In this document: piece after piece, positions 1 through 12,032 of the stretch
Numbering within the stretch: position 1 is the first letter of the stretch
Layout of the letters: the number at the start of each line of letters is the position of its first letter
NCBI GenBank assembly: GCA_963784065.1
Contig: CAWAQA010000009.1
Coordinates: forward strand, 464,201-528,200
DNA from: an uncultured Acidobacteriota bacterium
Lineage (GTDB): Bacteria > Acidobacteriota > Vicinamibacteria > Vicinamibacterales > UBA2999
Direction: 5' to 3'
Length of the DNA: 64,000 bases
Notes under the pieces: model-generated
What the model saw: only the letters and a program-made list of their open reading frames with translations
The model's database searches: none
Told to the model about the DNA's origin: nothing
Translations under genes and position numbers: made by a program

Positions 1-197
1 GCCGTGTGGGATCTCGCCTGACGGCGCGCCGCTGGAGAGTGCATACCGATCCCGTCCTTGGCTGTGTGATCGTGATGTTGTGACGATGATCGCGATGGCC
101 GGTCCAGCAACATTGCGTCGGCGGTCGAAGAAGAATCCCCGGTTACCCCTTTGGCGTCAACCGTTTTGTGCGAGAGGCCTGGCGCGAGAGGCGCCAC

Positions 198-228
198 TTG
201 ACACCCCAGCCCAGCCGCCCGGTATAAT
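198..228 (+). promoter_or_regulatory. candidate sigma-70 type promoter (TTGACA - 19 nt - TATAAT)
   Basis: Exact consensus hexamers TTGACA (198-203) and TATAAT (223-228) lie about 430 nt upstream of the TonB receptor start. The 19-nt spacer is longer than the 17-nt optimum. Confidence 0.3.
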
Positions 229-658
229 GTCGAGTCTTGACCGTGATGGCTTCTCACACCGCCTGTCGGGCCTGTTGCCATGCGTGCACCGCGTGTCGGT
301 GCGCGTGTATGCCGCCGACCGGCCAGTGAGAAGCGTCCGCCGCACGTAATCCCCCTGCCACGATTCTTCTCCCTCGCCGCGCTCGGCGCTCCGAGATCCG
401 CGTCGCCATGACTACAGGGAGAAGGCTATATGTCCGGCAGTCCGTTCGAACGCACCATCGCCCGCCCCGCGCCCGCTGCTCACTGCCGCTGTTGTCGCAC
501 GTGTATCGAGCCGACGACGGGCAGGTGAGCGATCTGCGGCAGTCCTGATTCCGCTTTCTCACAACGTCTTCACCGTGCCTGTCGATCGGCTTCGCCCGAG
601 GCGTCCGATTTGGCGGTGATGTGTGGTTTCGCGTGCCCCTGATGCGCCGGAGAAACGA

Positions 659-3270
<2,612 letters not shown>

Positions 3271-3440
3271 CACTCGGGGCGCGTGGCCGGTTCGGTGCCA
3301 CCCGCCAGAACTGGCACGTGGCGTCGTGGTCGACGTCATGGGCGACACGCCCTCTGCATGACAACCGCTACGTGGTGAGCCTCGTGTTGCGGGCCTCGCG
3401 TGGACTCATTCGAACGCCGGGCGCGGGCGTGGAGCCCGCG

Positions 3441-4272
3441 CTATTTCGGAGGGTCGACGTTGATAGATGCCGTGGGCCCAACGCCGGCAATCTGAATCCA
3501 CAACGGACTCTCGCCCGAGCCGTCGTAATGGACGCCTTTCGCGATATCGCGGATGAATCCGCCCTTCGGCACGCCCACGGTCTTCGTCCTGTCGCCACTC
3601 AGCCCCGTGCCGATCAACATGGTGCCGTCAATCACCATGACGGCACGGTCGATGGGGTGGTAATGCGGGCGGCTCCAGTTGTCGGGCGGACGTCTCAGGT
3701 ACTGCACGTAGAGGCCGGGTTTGGTCGGATCGCCATGGAGGTAGAACGATTCCTTCGGCATGTTCTCGACCCGCTGAATCTGCCGGCTCGCCGGATCGAT
3801 GACATCGTTTCCCGATCCAGACGTGGCCGCAGTCGCGCTCGGCTCTGCCGGATGACTCAACGAGGGCCCTACGCCCACGAAGTAGCAGCGTCGCACCGTC
3901 CTCTTTCGTCCCGTCGAAGTGAATGCCACGAGCGACGTCTCTCACGAACGAGCCCGCCGTCAAGGGCACGGTTCGCTGCTGATCGAACTTGCCCGTACCG
4001 ACCCAGAAGGTGCCTTCGAGCACGGTCACGAAGCGGTCGTTGTCGTGGAAGTGCGGCTTGCTCCACGCATTGGGCCGTCGCTTCAAGATGTAGGCGTAAA
4101 GGCCCGGCTTGGACGGATCGCCGTATACATTCGCGGTCTTCCCGTTCTCCGTGTCCCGCCACTGCATCTGGTCAGGCAGCACGTAATCTCTGCTACCGCG
4201 GTCTATCGGCGCGGCCTGGGCACTGGTAGAGATGATCGATTGACAGAGAAGCCACAGCGAGCGTGACCGCAA
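3441..4272 (-). pseudogene. secreted bicupin (two tandem cupin domains); one frame change near 3885
   Basis: ORF 3628-4272 carries a signal peptide plus cupin 1 (YGDPSKPGLYAYILKRRPNAWSKPHFHDNDRFVTVLEGTFWVGTG). ORF 3441-3929 carries the paralogous cupin 2 (HGDPTKPGLYVQYLRRPPDNWSRPHYHPIDRAVMVIDGTMLIGTG). The two halves join at ...EDGATL / YFVGVGPSL. The start is TTG. Confidence 0.7.
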
Positions 4273-4430
4273 GGGCGGCCCCGCACAAGGGCAACATGGG
4301 ACGTCGGCGGGTGGTCATGGGTGTTCTCTCAACGCGGACACACCTTACTCCAATTTCCTGCGAGTGTGAATCGACCGCGAGCCGCTCGGTCGGTCGTGGC
4401 GGCCGCCGTGCCGTTCATGCCGGGAACCTC

Positions 4431-5537
4431 TCACTGAGTGTGGGATATCCGGTAGTGCTCCGCCAGCAAGTCCAGACCAAAGTCCCCGTTGAAGTCGCGC
4501 CACACGCTGTGAATGTGATTGCCGTTGCCCTGCGTGGAGTCGGTACTGATCAAGAACGTGGACCCTTGCACGCGATAGTAGTGGGGATCGTCTTTCCCAG
4601 TCCCGCCGGCCCACGCGAACTGTGTCTTGTTGAAATCGGCGTCGCGGAGTTTGCGGCCCCGTTCCCGCGCGACGTCATCCGCCATCCGCGACAGATACTC
4701 GTCGATGAGGGCATTCAGCAACGTGCGCTGTTCCGGAGTCATGTTCTCGGCGGTGAGGCCGGGGTCAAACCTCCCTTCGTTCGAGCGGGGCATGATCGGG
4801 TCAGCGATTCTGAAGTTGTAGCTCAACAGCTCTCTCGGCGGGTCGGGATCGACGATGGCAATGCTGCGCTGCTTGGCGTCGAATGAATTGACAAGCGCGC
4901 GCGCCTTGTCTTCCTCGCCCGCGAGCACCCGCAGACCCCTTTGCGGCCCCTGGCGAACCTCCCGCGGATTGGCGCCGAAGAACAGCGGCGTGCTCGAAAT
5001 CAGTTCCCCTTTCACCACGGTCATATTGAGCGACACATGATGACCTTCGATGCTGAATCCCCAGGTACCCGTCGCCGACGGTGTCCCGAAGATCGACCAG
5101 TAATAGAGTTCGCGATCGCGCGAAGGTCCATCTCCACCGGCGGGCGGGCGCTCCAACTCCCGCAGCACATCTTCAAGGCTGATGATCGTCGTCGCCTTCT
5201 GGTATCCGGACGCGCTCAGCCCGCTTCGCAGGAGCTCCATGGCCACCTCGCGCTGCTGGGGGGTCATGGCCTTGAGCGGAAGACCCTTGCGGCCGCGTCG
5301 CTCCGGGGAATCCTGAGGAATGAAGTGCCAGTACACGCGATCGGGATCATCGAATTGAAACCGCGCTTCCGCCTTCTGCTCGGGCGTCAAGGCGGCCAGG
5401 AACGCGGCGGCCTTCTCCGCCATGGCGGCGTTCAGGCGCGCTTGAGCGTGCCCCGTGACCACGAAGACAAGAACAGGCACCAGGATGGGCGCAGCCATCC
5501 ATGCCGCCATGGTCAACCCTTTGCGGGATCTCATCAT
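4431..5537 (-). CDS. DUF3500 family protein (secreted)
   Basis: Uninterrupted ORF with DUF3500-type motifs (YWHFIPQD, YYWSIFGTPS, WGFSIEGHHVSLN, THIHSVWRD). I place the start at the ATG ATG at 5537, which is preceded by AAGGAGAAGACCG, rather than at the upstream in-frame ATG at 5702. Confidence 0.8.
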   Translation of the reverse strand: MMRSRKGLTMAAWMAAPILVPVLVFVVTGHAQARLNAAMAEKAAAFLAALTPEQKAEARFQFDDPDRVYWHFIPQDSPERRGRKGLPLKAMTPQQREVAMELLRSGLSASGYQKATTIISLEDVLRELERPPAGGDGPSRDRELYYWSIFGTPSATGTWGFSIEGHHVSLNMTVVKGELISSTPLFFGANPREVRQGPQRGLRVLAGEEDKARALVNSFDAKQRSIAIVDPDPPRELLSYNFRIADPIMPRSNEGRFDPGLTAENMTPEQRTLLNALIDEYLSRMADDVARERGRKLRDADFNKTQFAWAGGTGKDDPHYYRVQGSTFLISTDSTQGNGNHIHSVWRDFNGDFGLDLLAEHYRISHTQ

Positions 5538-5741
5538 CGGTCTTCTCCTTACGAGTATCTCGCCAGACCGTGTAAGGCGCGCTGGCCTCGGCCATACCAG
5601 GGACAGAATCGGCGAGGGCCGCAGCCATTCTGGCGCGCGTGGGTATTCAGGTTCACAACCGTGTTCGCACAAGAGGGTTACGCTCAGCTCAGCGCTGTCC
5701 ATACCGAAAGCTACATGGAACAGCGGCAGGGAGATGTAAGC

Positions 5742-5859
5742 GCTTGGTTAATTCTTGGGACTTACCGTTCGGATGTGCGGCCACCGCTTGCCGTGTGGAC
5801 TCTCTCGTCCAGGGGCGTCGTTGTTGCCGGTGCTTGGCGGTGATCGGGTCACGCGCGGG
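5742..5859. repeat. copy A of a conserved intergenic element of about 115 nt (candidate structured RNA or small mobile repeat)
   Basis: About 80-85 percent identical to 8866-8980, while the flanking intergenic DNA is unrelated. Shared core: GCTTGGTnAAnTCTTGGGnnTTnCCGTTCGGATG...CCACCG...GTGTGGACTCTC...CGTCGT..TTGCC.G....GGC.G. Confidence 0.5.
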
Positions 5860-6052
5860 GCGTGCGGGAACCGCCGGCGTCGTCGGCGAGAGCCGCCGCC
5901 CCGAGAGCGCGGATCGACATCCCGACTCACGACCCGCTGTCACCGTCTCGATGATTCCGCGGTCGGCCGTGCGATTTGCTCAAAGAATCGCGCATCATGC
6001 GCCATAGTCGGGCGGGGCGCCCTGGCGGGAATCTTGCCTCGCAACGCGAGTC

Positions 6053-6913
6053 ATGAGTCGCAGCCTCACTTCTTTTGTTGCCGCGGTCGTTCTGGCCGCG
6101 GCCTTCGCCCTGGGTAGCGTTTCCGCGCCGCTCGCCGCGGCCGACTCGACGGAATCTGGCCGTTTCGTGTGGCACGACCTGATGACCCGGGATGTGGGCG
6201 CCGCCAAGCAGTTCTACGGAGCGTTACTGGGTTGGCGCTTCGAGGACACCAAACGTGGCGATCGGCCGTACGTCCTGGTGCGAGCCGGGTCAGAAACGGT
6301 CGCCGGCTTCGTCGATATCAGTGCCATTCCCGATGCCGGGCCCCAGTGGATCAGTTTCATGTCGGTTGACGACGTGGACAAGAGCGTCGCGTTGGTGCAA
6401 TCGGAAGGCGGGAAGATCCTGGTCGCGCCTCGCGAGGTGCCGTCGGTCGCACGAGCGGCGGTGGTGACCGATCCGCAAGGCGCGCCTCTGGGCCTCGCGC
6501 AGCTTCGGCGCGCCGTTCCCGATCCGGAGCAGCCGAAACCGGGACACGTGTTCTGGCAGGAGTATCTCGCCCGTGACGCGTCGCAGGCGCTCGCCTTCTA
6601 CAAGCGTCTCGCGGGCTACGAGTCGAAGGTGACGGACACACAGCTGGGCATCGAGTACCACGTGCTGCAGAGGACGCGCGGACGGGCGGGCCTCTTCCAA
6701 CTGGCGGCGACGGCCAAGGACGTCGAACCCAATTGGCTGCCCTACGTGCTGGTCAGCGATCCCGCGGGCCTCGCCGCGCGCGTCGCGGGTCTGGGCGGTC
6801 GCATTCTCGTCCCCGCGGCGCCGGCGCTGCGAAACGGTTCGCTGGTCGTGATTGCGGATCCGGGCGGCGCCCCGCTCGCCTTGCAGAAGTATCCGTATCA
6901 GCAGGTGCCATGA
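6053..6913 (+). CDS. secreted two-domain VOC (glyoxalase/bleomycin-resistance fold) protein
   Basis: Intact 286-aa ORF with a signal peptide. It has two repeats of the VOC pattern (FVWHDLMTRDVGAAKQFYGALLGWRF...VTDPQGAPLGL and VFWQEYLARDASQALAFYKRLAGYE...IADPGGAPLAL). Confidence 0.8.
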   Translation: MSRSLTSFVAAVVLAAAFALGSVSAPLAAADSTESGRFVWHDLMTRDVGAAKQFYGALLGWRFEDTKRGDRPYVLVRAGSETVAGFVDISAIPDAGPQWISFMSVDDVDKSVALVQSEGGKILVAPREVPSVARAAVVTDPQGAPLGLAQLRRAVPDPEQPKPGHVFWQEYLARDASQALAFYKRLAGYESKVTDTQLGIEYHVLQRTRGRAGLFQLAATAKDVEPNWLPYVLVSDPAGLAARVAGLGGRILVPAAPALRNGSLVVIADPGGAPLALQKYPYQQVP

Positions 6914-7086
6914 AAAAGCCGAACCTCGTTTCAACAGCTTTCATGCTGACGGTGCTCGTCGTCGCCGCGCTCCTGTCCTCGGGCTGCGATTCCGGCGGTG
7001 GCATGGCGGTGGGGGTTGGCGCCCCGACGCGTTGGGGCAGCGGTGGCTCTGGCCCGCCGATCTTCGTTGGCGGACCCGGGTTCTAG
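6910..7086 (+). CDS. small putative lipoprotein (58 aa)
   Basis: The ATG overlaps the VOC stop codon (ATGA). The peptide MKKPNLVSTAFMLTVLVVAALLSSGC has a lipobox-like LSSGC followed by a Gly-rich tail. Confidence 0.5.
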   Translation: MKKPNLVSTAFMLTVLVVAALLSSGCDSGGGMAVGVGAPTRWGSGGSGPPIFVGGPGF

Positions 7087-7372
7087 TGCCGCGGCAGATG
7101 GGCGGATGTGGGTATCGGCCGCGCGATCGAGGTGAACCGGCCCGAGCACTCGTCACAACATGTCGTGAGCGGGGCCGCGCACTGTGAGCAACGGTGACGT
7201 TGCCTGTCGGTTCCGGCGGAGCCGGAGCCGACCTCCCAAAGGACAGCTAGTCGGCGGCCCGCCACCTCTCTATAGTCCTCGTCGTCATCATGACTCGTGT
7301 CCGTAAGGCGACCGGCCGTGCCGGGGTAGCCCCGATACGCGAGCACGTTCTGCATTGGTTGGAGTGAACGGC

Positions 7373-8710
7373 ATGACTGAACAGCCTCGAACATCCGGGA
7401 TCGAGCGCTTCCTCAACCTGTTCGCCGAGGTACGCCAGGGAGAGGCGAGGACGGCGCTGCTCCTCGCGCTGAACGTGTTCCTGATCCTGATGGCGTACTA
7501 CATCTTGAAGACCGTCCGTGAAGCCCTCATCCTCAGCGAGGGCACGGCGGAGCTCAAGAGCTACCTCTCCGCAGGGCAGGTCGTGGTGCTGGCGTTCGTG
7601 GTGCCCTTCTACGGCCGTCTCGTTGCCAGATATCCGCGCATGACGTTGATCAACATCGTCACGGTCTTCTTCGTGATCTGTCCGCCGGTCTTTTATCTGC
7701 TGACCCAGCTCGGCGTCCCGCTCGGGGTGATCTATTTCATCTGGATCGGCATCTTCAACCTGATGATCGTCGCGCAGTTCTGGTCGTTTGCCAACGACGT
7801 GTACTCGAAGGAAGAAGGCGAGCGCCTGTTCGTCATCGTCGGCTTCGGGGCGTCGCTCGGTGCGGTGGCCGGGGCGATCGTGGCCGAGCGCCTGATTGCA
7901 CCCTTCGGCGTGATGCAGCTCATGCTGCTGGGGGCCGGCGTGCTGGCCCTCCAACTACTGGTCACCAACTACATCGACCGCATCGAGCGCGGCCGCCGGG
8001 CGCCCGTCGCCAGGAAGGTGCAGGCTGGCCCGCCTGTCAACGCGTTCGCGATGGTGTTCCGGACGCGCTACCTGCTGCTGATTGGATTGATGCTGATGAT
8101 GCTGAACTGGATCAATACGACCGGGGAGTACATCCTCGGCAGCATCGTCAAAGACACCGCGTTGGCGACGATCGCTGCCGGCGAAGCCCAGGGCCTGAGC
8201 GAGGGACAGATCATCGGAGATTTCTACGCGCGGTACTTCTCGCTGGTGAATGGCGTCGGCCTCGTCCTTCAGCTGTTCGTGGTCTCGCGCCTGGTGAAGC
8301 GCTTTGGCGTGTCCTGGGCTGTGATGGTCCTCCCCGTGCTGTCGTTGGGCGCCTACAACATCATCGCGTTCGTGCCGACGCTGACCGCGGTGCTGGCAGC
8401 CAAGGTCGCCGAGAACTCGACGGATTATTCGCTGAACAACACCGTCCGGAACATGCTGTTCCTGCCGTGTACCTACGAACAGAAGTTCAGCGCCAAGCAG
8501 GCGATCGACTCGTTCTTCGTCCGCATGGGAGACGTGCTGTCAGCGATGCTGGTCTTCGTAGGGACAACCTTCATCCTGCTGCCGACGCGCGGCTTCGCGC
8601 TGGTGAATGCCGCGCTCGTCGTCGTGTGGCTGGTGCTGGCATGGCGTGTCGGCCGCCACTACAAGACGATGACGTCTTCGAGCGCCGCCGTTCCGTCGGC
8701 CGCCGCCTGA
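7373..8710 (+). CDS. TLC/Npt-type nucleotide (ATP/ADP-like) transporter family membrane protein
   Basis: Intact polytopic ORF. The N-terminus (ERFLNLFAEVRQGEARTALLLALNVFLILMAYYILKTVREALIL, then FVVPFYGRL) follows the TLC family pattern. The start at 7373 has GGAG 8 nt upstream. Confidence 0.6.
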   Translation: MTEQPRTSGIERFLNLFAEVRQGEARTALLLALNVFLILMAYYILKTVREALILSEGTAELKSYLSAGQVVVLAFVVPFYGRLVARYPRMTLINIVTVFFVICPPVFYLLTQLGVPLGVIYFIWIGIFNLMIVAQFWSFANDVYSKEEGERLFVIVGFGASLGAVAGAIVAERLIAPFGVMQLMLLGAGVLALQLLVTNYIDRIERGRRAPVARKVQAGPPVNAFAMVFRTRYLLLIGLMLMMLNWINTTGEYILGSIVKDTALATIAAGEAQGLSEGQIIGDFYARYFSLVNGVGLVLQLFVVSRLVKRFGVSWAVMVLPVLSLGAYNIIAFVPTLTAVLAAKVAENSTDYSLNNTVRNMLFLPCTYEQKFSAKQAIDSFFVRMGDVLSAMLVFVGTTFILLPTRGFALVNAALVVVWLVLAWRVGRHYKTMTSSSAAVPSAAA

Positions 8711-8865
8711 ACGCGAAGCGATTCACTTTCCTGTCGGCGCCGGCGGTCCCGCGAGAGGACCGCATCAATCACGAGCGGGAAATGGGCGTGGATCCCGCCC
8801 GGCGCCCTCGAGCCGTGGCGCGACGATGGGATTGAATAGCAGTGAGGTAGGTAGAGTTCGCGATT

Positions 8866-8980
8866 GCTTGGTCAAGTCTTGGGGTTTGCCGTTCGGATGG
8901 CGTCCACCGGTCGCTGTGTGGACTCTCGTACAACGCCGTCGTCTTGCCAGGTTTCGGCAGGCACGGGCCTCACCCGCGGG
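8866..8980. repeat. copy B of the conserved intergenic element of about 115 nt
   Basis: See copy A (5742-5859). This copy lies about 155 nt downstream of the transporter stop codon. Confidence 0.5.
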
Positions 8981-9127
8981 AACTGGAATGAAATTCGCTG
9001 ATCTCAGGCGAAGGCCCTGGCGCTCGAGGGCGCAATCGAGAGCACCAGATCGGCCACCCTGACTTCCGCGTCAACAATCGGATATTCTCGACACGTAAAG
9101 TCGACAATGAGACAAGTCGACAGGTCA

Positions 9128-9322
9128 TTTTTCTTCAAAAGGCGACGGGGGCCAGCGGGTGGCTCGGGAGCGTGGGCGATTATGGCTGGGCCGGCGCAAA
9201 CGGCACGTACCTTCTGGATCGACCCGAAGGAGCAGGTCATCGGCATCATCATGATGGCGACGCGCGTCGCTCGCCTGCGTACCGAGTTGCCAAACGCCGT
9301 CTACCAGGCGATCGTCGACTGA
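9128..9322 (+). pseudogene. C-terminal remnant (about 60 aa) of a serine hydrolase / beta-lactamase-family gene
   Basis: GWLGSVGDYGWAGANGTY in one frame is followed by FWIDPKEQVIGIIMMAT...AVYQAIVD and a stop in the next frame. No N-terminal catalytic part is present; the upstream DNA is AT-richer and non-coding. Confidence 0.55.
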
Positions 9323-9602
9323 CGGACGAACGGGTCCTCCGAAGGACCGGCGGCGCGGTCATGGCGCAGGGTGTAGTTGAAGAGCGTCGGGCTGTCAGGC
9401 TCGGGGATGTCTGAGCTTGGGCCGAAACACGGCGGCATCAGCACAGACCGCGAACGTCTTGACAATGCCCCCACCCGAAAGTGATCTTGATCAACCCCGG
9501 TCGCTGACCGGTTCATTCGACGACCGGCTCACGTCGAGCGCGTTGACGGCACTGTGGTGATGCCGCCCTGCGTGAGCGCTGTGCACGTCAGGACGCGACA
9601 CG

Positions 9603-10535
9603 ATGCGAATTGCGATTGTTGGACAGCAGGCGTTTGGCGAGAGCGTGCTCCGAGCATTCATCGGGCGAGGAGACCAGGTGACGGGCGTCTTCTGCCCGCC
9701 TGACAAGTCCGGCGATCGACCCGACCCGTTGGCGGGCGCAGCGAGAGAGCGCGGGATCCCGCTGTTCCAGTTGCCGACGCTGCGTGATCAGACGGCAGTG
9801 GACGCCATGCGTGGCCTCGACGCTGACCTCGCAGTCATGGCCTACGTGCTGGACTTTGCCCCGCAGGCGTTCGTGAGCATCCCGCGTCATGGGACGATTC
9901 AGTACCATCCGTCGCTGTTGCCCAAGCACCGTGGACCGTCGTCGATCAACTGGCCGCTCATCCAAGGCGAGCAGCGCACGGGCCTCACCATTTTCAGGCC
10001 AACCGATGGGCTCGACGAGGGGCCCATCATTCTGCAGAAGACCGTGGATATCCTGCCCGACGACACGGTGGCGAGCCTCTACTTCGATCGTCTGTTTCCA
10101 CTTGGGATAGCGGCGATGCTCGAGGCCGCGGACATGGTGGTGTCCGGCCGGCAGCACGAGATTGCGCAGGACGAATCGCTGGCCACCTATGAAGGCTGGT
10201 GCCGCGACGCGGAAGCCCAAGTCAACTGGAACGGGCATATTGACATCGTCTATAACCTGATTCGCGGCTGCAATCCTTCACCTGGTGCCTGGACGACCCT
10301 GGGTGGACAGAAAGTGAGAATCTACGACGTCCGCAAACACCTGGTACGACGCTTCAGTGAAGTCATCGGCACGCCAGGCGAGGTCTACGCTGTCGGCGAC
10401 CAGAGTATTCATGTCGCCGGACAAGGTGGACGGCTGGAGATCCTGACGGTCAGACCAGAAGGTGGACGGAAGGTCTCTGCCGCGGCCTTCGCCGCAGCGA
10501 ACGCGATCGAAACGGGTGTCCTGTTCGGGACCTAG
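9603..10535 (+). CDS. formyltransferase family protein (Fmt / ArnA / 10-formyl-THF dehydrogenase N-domain-like)
   Basis: Intact 310-aa ORF with the motif HPSLLPKHRGPSSINWPLIQGE, followed by a C-terminal formyl-transferase beta-barrel region. Confidence 0.8.
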   Translation: MRIAIVGQQAFGESVLRAFIGRGDQVTGVFCPPDKSGDRPDPLAGAARERGIPLFQLPTLRDQTAVDAMRGLDADLAVMAYVLDFAPQAFVSIPRHGTIQYHPSLLPKHRGPSSINWPLIQGEQRTGLTIFRPTDGLDEGPIILQKTVDILPDDTVASLYFDRLFPLGIAAMLEAADMVVSGRQHEIAQDESLATYEGWCRDAEAQVNWNGHIDIVYNLIRGCNPSPGAWTTLGGQKVRIYDVRKHLVRRFSEVIGTPGEVYAVGDQSIHVAGQGGRLEILTVRPEGGRKVSAAAFAAANAIETGVLFGT

Positions 10536-10799
10536 CTGCTCAGATTGCCGGACGCCGCGACGTATGTCCGATGACCTTGGGCGCGTGTGTCGCTCGCGCC
10601 GGCGGCAAACCGCCGCACCGCCTGGAACTCAATCCAGGAAATCCAGATCACCCGCTCCTCCGTAATAGAGACATCGGCGTGGAGACTGCGACAATGTGCC
10701 GCACCTGGGCGGACAGCTGTGCGCGCTCGACTCCCGTCCGGACTGCTGCGCGTCGTTGACCCTGGTGGCCTGTCCGTTGCCTGGAGAGTCACTGCTGCA

Positions 10800-11403
10800 A
10801 TGCCAGAAGATTTGCCGATTCCGACCGCCAATGATGCTCGTCACGACGTCGGCCTGCTGGCTCGCATCAGGGCGCGAGAAGCCGAGGCGGTTGGCGAGCT
10901 GTACCGATCGCCACAACCGGCTGCTCTTCGGATTGATCCTGCGGATTCTCAGGAACCGGGATGAGGCCGAGGAGGTTCTGCAGGACGTGTTCGTTCAGGT
11001 GTGGAAGCGCGCGAACACCTACAAAGCCGAGTTGGGGACGCCGGTGCAGTGGCTGGTACGCATCGCCCGCAATCGCGCGATCGATCGCTATCGTGCAAAC
11101 GGCACGCGGACCCGCGCGCTCGAGGCAGCGCCGCCACCACCGCCACCGTTCCGCGGCCCCGACGCCCACGCGGCGCTGGCGGAACAACAGCGACTATTGG
11201 CGCGCGCGCTGGACGGGTTGCGGATCGAGGAACGCGAGTTGCTCGAGCACGCCTACTTTCTGGGCCTGACGCAATCAGAGTTGGCCGAACGCTTCAACCT
11301 GCCGCTGGGCACCGTGAAGACCAGGATTCGCACGGCCTTACTGCGTCTCAGATGCGCACTTCAACAGACGATGGTCGAGGCACACGGGTGCTACCAAGTA
11401 TGA
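10800..11403 (+). pseudogene. ECF-type RNA polymerase sigma-70 factor; one frame change at about 10905
   Basis: MPEDLPIPT...LLARIRAREAEAVGELY (ORF 10587 frame) continues as DRHNRLLFGLILRILRNRDEAEEVLQDVFVQVWKRANTY...LTQSELAERFNLPLGTVKTRIRTAL (ORF 10696 frame). Confidence 0.8.
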
Positions 11404-11870
11404 GAATCGACTTTGACGATCTGGAAGTCCCGCTCGCCGAGCTGGGGTCTGTCGGCGCCGAATGGCCCCGTCGCGAAGTGAGGGATCGCGTCATGGCCCG
11501 CATCTACGCCGATCAGCCCCCGGCTCCCACGGGCTTCATGTTCAACCTGGCCGCTCAGTTCGATGGGTGGATACCGCACGCGGTTCCAGGGATTCGCGTC
11601 AGACCGCTGTCGGTCAACCGCGACCGCGGTTACGCCACGCTCCTGCTCGACGTCGCCCCGGGTACCAGATTTCCCGAGCACCATCATTCCGGCGCCGAGG
11701 ACTGCTATGTCATTGCCGGCAGCTTGTTCACGTGGGGCCGCCGGTTGCGGGCTGGCGATTTCCTGCACGCAGACGCCGGCAGCGATCACACGGAGATGTG
11801 GACGGACGAAGGCTGTCAGGTCCTGCTGGTGGTGCCGTCTGAAGATTACGTGTCGGAACTGGCCGGATAG
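11400..11870 (+). CDS. ChrR-like cupin protein (putative anti-sigma partner lacking a zinc anti-sigma motif)
   Basis: The ATG overlaps the sigma factor stop (ATGA). The C-terminal cupin reads YATLLLDVAPGTRFPEHHHSGAEDCYVIAGS. No HxxxCxxC motif occurs in the 40-aa N-terminus. Confidence 0.55.
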   Translation: MRIDFDDLEVPLAELGSVGAEWPRREVRDRVMARIYADQPPAPTGFMFNLAAQFDGWIPHAVPGIRVRPLSVNRDRGYATLLLDVAPGTRFPEHHHSGAEDCYVIAGSLFTWGRRLRAGDFLHADAGSDHTEMWTDEGCQVLLVVPSEDYVSELAG

Positions 11871-12032
11871 CGAAAGCGGCGGTACGAACGAGAGCGCGCG
11901 GCCATGCCGCCGGACCAGGGATCGTCAGGGCCCTCTCCGGCACGTGACGCGGTGTTCGCGAATGAGCCTCGCCTGGTCAGGCGGGGCAGGGCTCTTATGT
12001 TTCCCAAGAGCCTGCCCATTTTCTGGCGCGAC

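Noticed and set aside
229-658. Cobalamin or another known riboswitch upstream of the TonB receptor.
   Set aside because: I could not find a B12 box (AGYCMGGAGACCKGCC-like), the GCCACTG core in the right context, or the signatures of TPP, glycine, c-di-GMP, ZTP, Mn or fluoride riboswitches. Only generic hairpins are present.
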